Under the pieces are notes generated by a model. That model was not told the DNA's origin. It saw only the letters and a list, made by a program, of their open reading frames with translations, and made no database searches. The position numbers were made by a program, and so were the translations under genes. From NCBI RefSeq assembly GCF_000021865.1, contig NC_014034.1:930001-962000 (forward strand): DNA of 32,000 nucleotides. Reading direction: 5' to 3'. Positions 1 through 6,854 of the stretch are shown piece after piece (positions within the stretch are counted from its first letter, which is position 1; each line of letters opens with the position of its first letter). The DNA is from Rhodobacter capsulatus SB 1003 (lineage in GTDB: Bacteria > Pseudomonadota > Alphaproteobacteria > Rhodobacterales > Rhodobacteraceae).

Positions 1-777
1 CGGGCCGCCTGTCTGCGCCTGCCGGGCGAGGACGAGATCGCCGCGGCGCTGTTCGCGCGCGGCGACACCCCCGACCCCGAGGCGATCCGGGTGGCGCGGC
101 GCAAGCTGATGAAGATGCTGGCCACCCGTCACGGCGCGGCGCTGAGCCGGGTCTATGACAGCTGCGCGGTCGCGGGCCCCTACAGCCCCGACGCGGGGCC
201 CGCCGGGCGCCGGGCGCTGCGGCTGGCCACGCTCGCGCTGCTGACGACCGAGGATGGCGGCGCGCGGGCGGCGGCCCTGTTTGCGGAAGCGACGAACATG
301 ACCGAAAGCATCGGTGCGCTGAACCTGCTGGTGGCCGAGGGCAAGGGGCAGGGGCAGCTGGCCGGTTTCGCCGCGCGCTGGGCCGCCGATCCGCTGGTGA
401 TGGACAAGTGGCGGATGGCGCAGGGCGCGCTGACGCCCCCCGAAGACGCGGCCGAAACCGTGGCGCGGCTGGCGGCGGCACCGGAGTTCGACTGGAAGAA
501 CCCGAACCGCTTCCGCAGCCTTTTGGGCGGCTTTGCCGCCAACCATGCGGGCTTTCACCGCGCCGATGGCGCGGGCTATGCGCTTTACGCCGATTGGCTG
601 TTGCGCCTCGATCCGCTCAATCCGCAGACCGCGGCGCGGATGTCGACCGCGTTTGAGACCTGGCGGCGTTACGATGCCCCCCGTCAGGCCCATGCGAAAG
701 CGGCGCTGGCCCGGATCGCCGCCACCCCCGGCCTCAGCCGCGATCTTGGCGAGATGGTCGGGCGGCTTGCAGGCTGA
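1..777 (+). CDS. pepN: Aminopeptidase N, C-terminal part (5' end lies outside the window)
   Basis: Frame 1 is open from base 1 to TGA at 775-777. The translation (DPLVMDKWRMAQG..., NPNRFRSLLGGFAANHAGFHRADGAGY, LNPQTAARM) matches the conserved PepN (M1 family) C-terminal domain. Confidence 0.8.
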   Translation, partial: RAACLRLPGEDEIAAALFARGDTPDPEAIRVARRKLMKMLATRHGAALSRVYDSCAVAGPYSPDAGPAGRRALRLATLALLTTEDGGARAAALFAEATNMTESIGALNLLVAEGKGQGQLAGFAARWAADPLVMDKWRMAQGALTPPEDAAETVARLAAAPEFDWKNPNRFRSLLGGFAANHAGFHRADGAGYALYADWLLRLDPLNPQTAARMSTAFETWRRYDAPRQAHAKAALARIAATPGLSRDLGEMVGRLAG

Positions 778-804
778 AAGCGCCGGGGCGCTGCCCCGGA
801 CCCC

Positions 805-858
805 GGCGTATTTGCGCCAAGAAGAAGCTCCTCCGTTTCTTCTTGGCAAAAATACGCC
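805..858. repeat. 54-nt imperfect inverted repeat (22-nt arms, 20/22 complementary, 10-nt loop gctcctccgt), downstream of pepN
   Basis: The left arm ggcgtatttgcgccaagaagaa (805-826) pairs with the right arm ttcttcttggcaaaaatacgcc (837-858). A small GC hairpin, ccgggg-cgctg-ccccgg (783-799), lies just upstream. Confidence 0.6.
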
Positions 859-950
859 CTTTCGACCTTACACCCGCCGCGCGGGCGGGCCATCTTGCCC
901 CGCGCCACGCCCTGCCCTAGAAGGGCTCAAGCCGAGAAAGGGAACCCGCA

Positions 951-2468
951 ATGCTTGATCACCTTGCCTTCACCGCCCCCGAACCGAAAGTCATTGCCGG
1001 CGCGAAAAGCGACTGGGAACTGGTGATCGGGATGGAGGTGCACGCGCAGGTGGCCTCGAATGCGAAGCTGTTCTCGGGCGCCTCGACCATGTTCGGCAAT
1101 GAGCCCAATGCCAACGTCGCCTTTGTCGATGCGGCGATGCCGGGCATGCTGCCGGTGATCAACGAATTCTGCGTGGCGCAGGCCGTGCGCACCGGGCTGG
1201 CGCTGAAAGCCGGGATCAACCTGCGTTCGGCCTTTGACCGCAAGAACTACTTCTACCCCGACCTGCCGCAGGGCTATCAGATTTCGCAGCTCTACCACCC
1301 GATCGTGGGCGAGGGCGAGATCATCGTCGACATGGGGCCGGGCGTGGCGCGCAAGGTGCGGATCGAGCGGATCCACCTGGAACAGGATGCGGGCAAGTCG
1401 ATCCATGACATGGACCCGACCATGTCCTTCGTCGATTTCAACCGCACCGGTGTGGCGCTGATGGAAATCGTCTCGCGCCCCGACATTCGCGGCCCGGAAG
1501 AAGCGGCGGCCTATATCGCCAAGCTGCGGCAGATCCTGCGTTACATCGGCACCTGCGACGGCAACATGCAGAACGGCAACCTGCGCGCCGATGTGAACGT
1601 CTCGGTCTGCCGTCCGGGGCAATACGAGAAATATCAGGCGACCCAGGATTTCAGCCATCTGGGCACGCGCTGCGAGATCAAGAACATGAACTCGATGCGC
1701 TTCATCCAGCAGGCGATCGATTACGAAGCCCGCCGCCAGATCGCTATTCTGGAGGATGGCGGGTCGATCGTGCAGGAAACCCGGCTTTACGACCCGGACA
1801 AGGGCGAGACGCGGTCGATGCGCTCCAAGGAAGAGGCGCATGATTACCGCTATTTCCCCTGCCCGGACCTGCTGCCTTTGGAGATCGAACAGGCCTGGGT
1901 CGATGACATCGGCGCCACGATGCCGGAACTGCCCGATGAGAAAAAGGCCCGTTTCGTCAAGGATCTGGGGCTTTCCGAATATGACGCCTCGGTGCTGACG
2001 GCGGAAGTGGCCGATGCCGAATATTTCGAAGCCGTGGTGGCGGTGGCCGAAGATGGCAAGCTGGCCGCGAACTGGGTGATCAACGAGCTCTTCGGGCGCT
2101 TGAAGAAAGAGGGCCACGAGATCGGCCAAAGCCCGGTCAGCCCGGTGCAGCTGGGGGGGATCATCAAGCTGATCCGCTCGGGCGACATTTCGGGCAAGAT
2201 CGCCAAGGATCTGTTCGAGATCGTCTATACCGAGGGCGGCGACCCGGCGGCGATCGTCGAGGCCCGAGGCATGAAGCAGGTGACCGATCTGGGCGCGATC
2301 GAGGCGGCGGTCGATGAGATCATCGCCGCGAACCCCGCGCAGGTGGAGAAGGCGAAGGCCAATCCGAAGCTGGCGGGGTGGTTCGTCGGCCAGGTGATCA
2401 AGGCGTCTGGCGGCAAGGCCAACCCCGCCGCGGTCAACGAGATCGTGGCGCGGAAGCTCGGGTTGTAA
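951..2468 (+). CDS. gatB: Asp-tRNA(Asn)/Glu-tRNA(Gln) amidotransferase subunit B
   Basis: 505-aa ORF with typical GatB sequence ([29 protein letters not shown]-terminal GatB/YqeY tail). AAGGGAA lies upstream of the ATG. Confidence 0.95.
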   Translation: MLDHLAFTAPEPKVIAGAKSDWELVIGMEVHAQVASNAKLFSGASTMFGNEPNANVAFVDAAMPGMLPVINEFCVAQAVRTGLALKAGINLRSAFDRKNYFYPDLPQGYQISQLYHPIVGEGEIIVDMGPGVARKVRIERIHLEQDAGKSIHDMDPTMSFVDFNRTGVALMEIVSRPDIRGPEEAAAYIAKLRQILRYIGTCDGNMQNGNLRADVNVSVCRPGQYEKYQATQDFSHLGTRCEIKNMNSMRFIQQAIDYEARRQIAILEDGGSIVQETRLYDPDKGETRSMRSKEEAHDYRYFPCPDLLPLEIEQAWVDDIGATMPELPDEKKARFVKDLGLSEYDASVLTAEVADAEYFEAVVAVAEDGKLAANWVINELFGRLKKEGHEIGQSPVSPVQLGGIIKLIRSGDISGKIAKDLFEIVYTEGGDPAAIVEARGMKQVTDLGAIEAAVDEIIAANPAQVEKAKANPKLAGWFVGQVIKASGGKANPAAVNEIVARKLGL

Positions 2469-2473
2469 GATTG

Positions 2474-2506
2474 AAAAGGCGCTCCTGCGGGGGCGCCTTT
2501 TGGTTT
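2474..2506. terminator. Bidirectional intrinsic terminator shared by gatB (+) and the AT-rich ORF (-)
   Basis: aaaaGGCGCtcctgcgggGGCGCCtttt is a GC stem flanked by an A-tract on the left and a T-tract on the right. It lies 6 nt after the gatB stop and about 25 nt after the minus-strand ORF stop. Confidence 0.7.
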
Positions 2507-2531
2507 CTGGGGGAAGTCGAGGCGGAGCTAT

Positions 2532-3668
2532 TTAGTTATCTGATTGCCGAATTAACTCTTCATAAAGAAGCGAAATGCCGATGATAGCTGTGATGTTGCC
2601 CCGCCTTCGCAATTCATCTGCGATTTTCTTTACGGAGGAATCAAAGGCGCTTCGATACGTGCGCGGGTTTTCCAGAAAGGCTCGTGAGTTGAAGTCGAAG
2701 AATATCAACTTGTGAAACTCACTCCGTTCTTCGGCCATAAGGGCTTCTTTGGTGATGGAGGTCGATGACTTCTCTATGTGTGAGTAGAAATAAAAGTCGG
2801 GAAAGCCAAGTCTATAATACTCCCTAATTCCGCCTAGAAATATAGGTGGTGATTTTTTATCATAGAAGTGAACCCCGAGTTCTTTTAAGCATTCACGGTT
2901 CAAGCTTTGTATGATGCGGTTAAGCCCATCTTGGTCGCTTTCGAGTTCAAGCAGGTCATTTCCTTCAATCGTGCCGGAAAAAGAAGCGGAGATAGAGTTC
3001 GGTCTATTCGCGACAAATCTACTTCTAAGCTGAAAGATCAACTTGTTGTCGGATGTTTCTGTCATTCCCACAACACCCATGTGCCAAGTCAAATCCTCAG
3101 ATCCGAGCTGCGGAAGCTGGTGGGAGTCATTGAGTAGTTTTCTGCGAAGCGTGGTTCCCTCTAATATGATGTCGGGAGAAAAGTGAGTCCTGAGTGAGTC
3201 GAAGTAACTACATCTAGAGAATGTTATCGAGATTTCATTATCATGGAATTCGATCTTGTTTATGCAAAATGGCTCGCCGTCGAATAAGTGATTCCGTTTT
3301 TTGCCAGATTTCCTTAAATCGTCCAGTAGTGGCTCCGTGAAACTCGATACTTTTCGGCTTAAAATTCGCTTTTCGTCATTCCATCGAAGGGTAATTCTCT
3401 TTGATTTACTTTCTGCTGGCGATATGAAGTGGCAAGCTGGTAGGTAATCCACTTTTCCACTGATGAATGTTTTGATGTGGTTTTCTTTCCCGTAGAACTT
3501 GAAAAGGTCTGTCTCGGATATAATCTCAGACTTGTTTTTAAATATTTCATTCCGGTCGCGAAAGCTTCTGAGGGGGCCAAGTCTAATTCCCTTGGAGAAT
3601 AAACCATCTAAAGTCTTTAAGATGGCCCATCTGACCGACGTTTCAGCAAAGAAAATCCAATCCAGCAT
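2532..3668 (-). CDS. Orphan 378-aa protein encoded in an AT-rich island. The C-terminal half resembles a degenerate Nudix fold. Function unknown.
   Basis: This is the only long ORF in the low-GC segment. ATG at 3668 (a TTG at 3683 is also possible) is preceded by GAGAG. Sequence features: GVVGMTETSDNKLIFQLRSR...SFSGTIEG...LNRECLKELGV, followed by beta-like segments. Codon usage is AT-rich, unlike every neighbouring gene. Confidence 0.85.
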   Translation of the reverse strand: MLDWIFFAETSVRWAILKTLDGLFSKGIRLGPLRSFRDRNEIFKNKSEIISETDLFKFYGKENHIKTFISGKVDYLPACHFISPAESKSKRITLRWNDEKRILSRKVSSFTEPLLDDLRKSGKKRNHLFDGEPFCINKIEFHDNEISITFSRCSYFDSLRTHFSPDIILEGTTLRRKLLNDSHQLPQLGSEDLTWHMGVVGMTETSDNKLIFQLRSRFVANRPNSISASFSGTIEGNDLLELESDQDGLNRIIQSLNRECLKELGVHFYDKKSPPIFLGGIREYYRLGFPDFYFYSHIEKSSTSITKEALMAEERSEFHKLIFFDFNSRAFLENPRTYRSAFDSSVKKIADELRRRGNITAIIGISLLYEELIRQSDN

Positions 3669-3903
3669 AGCGTTAACTCTCAACCTCTCTCGATCGTTCT
3701 TAATTTATTCTTTAGCCGCCTTGCTTTGCGTGTTGTTCGCCGATTCGGTTTGCTTTGTTTTGATGGGGTTAACGTTGTGAGCTTTTCGGCGGAAAACAGT
3801 ATCCTCGGTGAGATGTTTCTCAAAGGCGGTTTTGTGTCGCGTATTCCGCTTGCACCCAGCCCCCCCAGCCCCTACTTACCCGCAAAACCCAAGGGAGATT
3901 TGA

Positions 3904-4878
3904 ATGAGCGGCCTTCTCGCCCTTCTTGATGACGTGGCGGGGATCGCCAAGATTGCGGCCGCCTCGGTGGATGATGTCGCCGCGGGCGCCGCCAAGGCCG
4001 GGGCCAAGGCCGCGGGCGTGGTCATCGACGATGCCGCCGTCACGCCGCGCTATGTGCATGGGTTCGAGGCCAGCCGCGAATTGCCGATCGTGGGCAAGAT
4101 CGCGATGGGCTCGATCCGCAACAAGCTGGTGTTCCTTCTGCCCATTGCGCTGCTCTTCTCGGCCTTTGCGCCCTGGGTGATCACGCCGCTTCTGATGCTC
4201 GGCGGCGCTTATCTGTGTTTCGAGGGCGCGGAAAAGGTGTTTCACGTCCTTTTCCAGCATGCGCCCCATGCCGATGGCCATGTCGATCCGAATGATGATC
4301 CGGCGGGCGATCCGGCGCATCTGGAGCGCGAAAAGGTCTCGGGCGCGGTGAAGACCGATTTCATCCTTTCGGCCGAGATCATGACCATCGCCATGGCCTC
4401 GCTGCCCGCGGGGCAGCCGCTCTGGATGCAGACGCTGGCGCTGGCGGCGGTTGCGGTGGGGATCACCGTGCTGGTCTATGGCGGTGTCGCGCTGATCGTG
4501 AAGGCCGATGACGTCGGGCTGTGGCTGGCGCGCAGGGGCAAGATTGCGCCCATTCGCTGGGTCGGGCGCGGCCTGGTGCGAGCGATGCCGCCGCTGCTGA
4601 CGGCGCTCTCGATCCTGGGCACGGCGGCGATGATCTGGGTTGGCGGCTCGATCCTGCTGCATGGCGCGGCCGAACTCGGCTGGCCCGCCGCCTATGACGC
4701 GATCCATCATCTGGCCGAGGCGGCGGGGCATCTGTTGCCTGCGGGCGGCTTCACCGAATGGCTGGTGACGGCCGCCTGCGATGGCGTGCTGGGACTGATC
4801 TTCGGGCTGCTGCTGATCCCGCCGGCACTTTATGTCGTGGATCCGGCCTTGCGGCTGGTCGCCCGGCTGCGCGGCTGA
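3904..4878 (+). CDS. DUF808 family inner-membrane protein (YedI-like)
   Basis: 324-aa ORF with RBS AAGGGAGA. The N-terminus MSGLLALLDDVAGIAKIAAASVDDVA...VVIDDAAVTPRYV and the multiple hydrophobic segments are typical of DUF808/YedI. Confidence 0.85.
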   Translation: MSGLLALLDDVAGIAKIAAASVDDVAAGAAKAGAKAAGVVIDDAAVTPRYVHGFEASRELPIVGKIAMGSIRNKLVFLLPIALLFSAFAPWVITPLLMLGGAYLCFEGAEKVFHVLFQHAPHADGHVDPNDDPAGDPAHLEREKVSGAVKTDFILSAEIMTIAMASLPAGQPLWMQTLALAAVAVGITVLVYGGVALIVKADDVGLWLARRGKIAPIRWVGRGLVRAMPPLLTALSILGTAAMIWVGGSILLHGAAELGWPAAYDAIHHLAEAAGHLLPAGGFTEWLVTAACDGVLGLIFGLLLIPPALYVVDPALRLVARLRG

Positions 4879-5433
4879 TCAGACCGCCGTCGGCAGCGGC
4901 CGCGCCCCGGCGGGAACGCCGTTCAGCATCCGCAGCTTGCCCTGACGCTGCGGCGCGGGGCGGGGGGGCTGGGCCGGGCGCCCCTCGGGGCCGAGCGGTT
5001 CCGGATGCGCCATCAACAGCCCGTGCCGCGCCTTCAGCGCCGAAAGCGCCGCCGCCGTGCGCAGATCTTCCAGCGCCGCCAGGGTCTGGTGCAGCTGCGC
5101 CGAAAGTGCGCTCAGCTGCGGCTCGGGCAGGGTGTCGTGCCGGGTGCGCTGCGCCTGGGCGCGCAGGATGAATTCCGCCTGCATCGTCACCGCGGCCAGC
5201 ATCCGCATTTCGCCCACGGCGAGGTCAAGGTCTTCTTCCTGCAGCAAAAGCCAGCGTTCGCGCGCCTCGCCCGCATGGGCGACGACTTGCAGCGCCTTGT
5301 CGCGCACCGTCTCGATCTGCTGGCGCAATGCGGTCAGACGGGCGGCCCGGCGGGTGGCACCGGGCGTCAGCAGGTTGCGCATCCGCACCCAGAGGCTGGG
5401 GGGCTGCTCTTGGCCGTGGTCTTCGGGGGACAT
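4879..5433 (-). CDS. Hypothetical protein, 184 aa, Ala/Leu/Arg/Gln-rich and predicted helical
   Basis: High G/C at third codon positions in this frame. The internal ATG at 5433 is preceded by AAGGAAG. The N-terminal 93 aa of the track ORF look like non-coding read-through. I recognise no family. Confidence 0.7.
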   Translation of the reverse strand: MSPEDHGQEQPPSLWVRMRNLLTPGATRRAARLTALRQQIETVRDKALQVVAHAGEARERWLLLQEEDLDLAVGEMRMLAAVTMQAEFILRAQAQRTRHDTLPEPQLSALSAQLHQTLAALEDLRTAAALSALKARHGLLMAHPEPLGPEGRPAQPPRPAPQRQGKLRMLNGVPAGARPLPTAV

Positions 5434-5516
5434 CTCGATCTTCCTTTGCCTCGCGTTCGCCGGTGGGGGGTGGGCCCCCCGGCGTCTTCTTTTTCGCAAG
5501 ACTCGCGCAGGATTGG

Positions 5517-5532
5517 TTAAGATATGGTTAAC
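5517..5532. promoter_or_regulatory. Candidate CtrA box, TTAA-N7-TTAAC
   Basis: TTAAgatatggTTAAC lies about 85-100 nt upstream of the ATG at 5433. The minus strand also reads TTAACCAT (5524-5531). Confidence 0.5.
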
Positions 5533-5666
5533 AATCCCGGCGTCCCCCCGGAGCGGAGGAATTATCGGCTCCGGCGATGTCGATTTGCATCGCTCTGGCG
5601 CCGACCGGGCACTGGAACTTGTGCCACTGGTCTGCCCGGCCCGCACAGGCGGGCGGGGCCGTGCTG

Positions 5667-6278
5667 TCAGACGATGCGGCGACGCTCGATCTTTTCGATG
5701 ATCATCGCGCATTCCTCGACCAGATAGAAGAAATAGTCATGCTTGATGTCGAGCCCGTCCAGCATCAGGCTGGACATGAAGCGCAGCTTCGCCGTCGCCT
5801 CCAGGATCGAGGTCGGACGGTGGTCGAGGATGTCCTGCTCCGCCACGCCCATGCGGTAGCGGTAAAGCTTGATCATCTCTTCCAGATCCTCGATCGCCAC
5901 CATCTCGGGGCTGCAGGCCTTGAGCACGAAGCGGCGGTGCGCATTGGGCAGGCCCTCGGGCACGACGCGCTTGGCCAGATCGCTCAACTGCTTGAAATCC
6001 GGGAAAGACAGGTCGGTGATCGTCAGGCTGTCCCGGGCCACCATCTCGCCCGAATCCAGCGCGACCGTGTCGGTCTCGGCCTCGGTCTCGCGCTGCTTGG
6101 CGTAGAACTGCCGCGACAGGGTCTCCTGTTCGACGATCAGATCTTCCAGCAGATGTTCGAGATAGTCGTATTGCGCGATCTTCTCGGACAGGGCCAGGTG
6201 TTCCGTTTCCGCCGCCACGGCGACCGCAACCGGCTGGGCTTCTTTCATCTCGTGCTTCTTGCGGAACGTGAACGCCAT
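5667..6278 (-). CDS. Hypothetical acidic protein, 203 aa
   Basis: ATG at 6278 is preceded by GAGGAG. Third codon positions show the native high G/C. I recognise no family (MAFTFRKKHEMKEAQ...YFFYLVEECAMIIEKIERRRIV). Confidence 0.75.
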   Translation of the reverse strand: MAFTFRKKHEMKEAQPVAVAVAAETEHLALSEKIAQYDYLEHLLEDLIVEQETLSRQFYAKQRETEAETDTVALDSGEMVARDSLTITDLSFPDFKQLSDLAKRVVPEGLPNAHRRFVLKACSPEMVAIEDLEEMIKLYRYRMGVAEQDILDHRPTSILEATAKLRFMSSLMLDGLDIKHDYFFYLVEECAMIIEKIERRRIV

Positions 6279-6396
6279 GTTGGTTCTCCTCGGCTGGTCG
6301 GCACCCTTTGGGCACCTGTCTGATGAAGCCACTATCGGCGTCGGCTGCGGCATGAGTGAGGAAGCTTTTCGGAATTGTCGCCCAAAGTGGAAACAA

Positions 6397-6415
6397 ATGG
6401 TTAACGACGTGTTGA
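6397..6415. promoter_or_regulatory. Candidate CtrA half-site (TTAACCAT on the minus strand) with a near-full site TTAA-N7-TTGA
   Basis: The sequence is atggTTAAcgacgtgTTGA. It also contains the 7-bp inverted repeat acgacgt-gttg-acgtcgt. Confidence 0.35.
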
Positions 6416-6430
6416 CGTCGTCAAGAATCC

Positions 6431-6445
6431 TTAATGACTCCTTAA
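6431..6445. promoter_or_regulatory. Candidate CtrA box, TTAA-N7-TTAA
   Basis: TTAAtgactccTTAA is a perfect full-site spacing. It lies about 155 nt upstream of the ATG at 6278 in a locally AT-richer stretch. Confidence 0.45.
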
Positions 6446-6481
6446 TTCCCCGGCCAACCCCTTAAAACTTGGGGAAAACTG

Positions 6482-6489
6482 TTAACCAT
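6482..6489 (+). promoter_or_regulatory. Candidate CtrA 8-mer, TTAACCAT
   Basis: Exact TTAACCAT on the plus strand within the divergent intergenic region. Confidence 0.3.
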
Positions 6490-6854
6490 GCGGCAATAAT
6501 TCCGCTTTCGCGGCGGCACTGGTTGCGCGCGCTCAACCATCGGTCGGTGGCAATTGTGGCAAAATTGCGCGATCCGGGCCGCTTCGCCGCGATCCCGCCG
6601 CGGTTCGCCGCCCCGGGCCTCGGAGGCCGGGCAGGGGGGCTTGACGTGGCCGCGTTGACGATTCGCGCGGCGGGGCCGGGGCGGTCGTTCGCGTTGCGGA
6701 AACGCCGGGCAGTCGCCGGGCGTTTTCGCGCCGCAAGGCGCCTTTGCGTTCGGGCGCGCTTGATCTTCCGCAAGGAACGGGCCAGCTTCGTCGGATCGGG
6801 TCGGTCCGCTTCGGATCGCCCCGGCCAAGAACAGACAGGACAGGGAGTCCGCAT

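Noticed and set aside
91-777. N-terminal extensions or alternative starts given by the ORF track: 91 for pepN, 5712, 6353, 6744, 9296, 10207, 11270, 15667, 15866, 18525, 19636, 21016, 24259, 31481 and 31896.
   Set aside because: In each case the conserved protein begins at an internal start that has an RBS or a stop/start overlap, and the upstream extension is low-complexity. pepN and the quinone oxidoreductase instead continue beyond the window edges.
3499-3780. The 93-aa plus-strand ORF (and 2907-3137, 3726-3929) inside the AT-rich island, as possible partner genes such as an antitoxin.
   Set aside because: They overlap the 378-aa ORF antisense or run across the promoter region, and they lack an RBS. 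Open frames of this length are plausible by chance. There is no support for a second gene in the island.
4873-4884. The convergent DUF808 gene and gene 4879-5433 share the palindrome TGATCA, with their stop codons back to back. The PaaI and DASS genes also overlap convergently at 22600-22621.
   Set aside because: Tight or overlapping convergent 3' ends are common in compact GC-rich genomes. I see no specific regulatory meaning, although transcriptional interference is possible.
6379-6390. The 12-mer cgcccaaagtgg is shared between 6379-6390 and the palindrome region at 24185-24196.
   Set aside because: A single shared 12-mer is expected by chance many times among all position pairs in 32 kb on both strands. 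The flanks do not align, so there is no evidence for a common motif.
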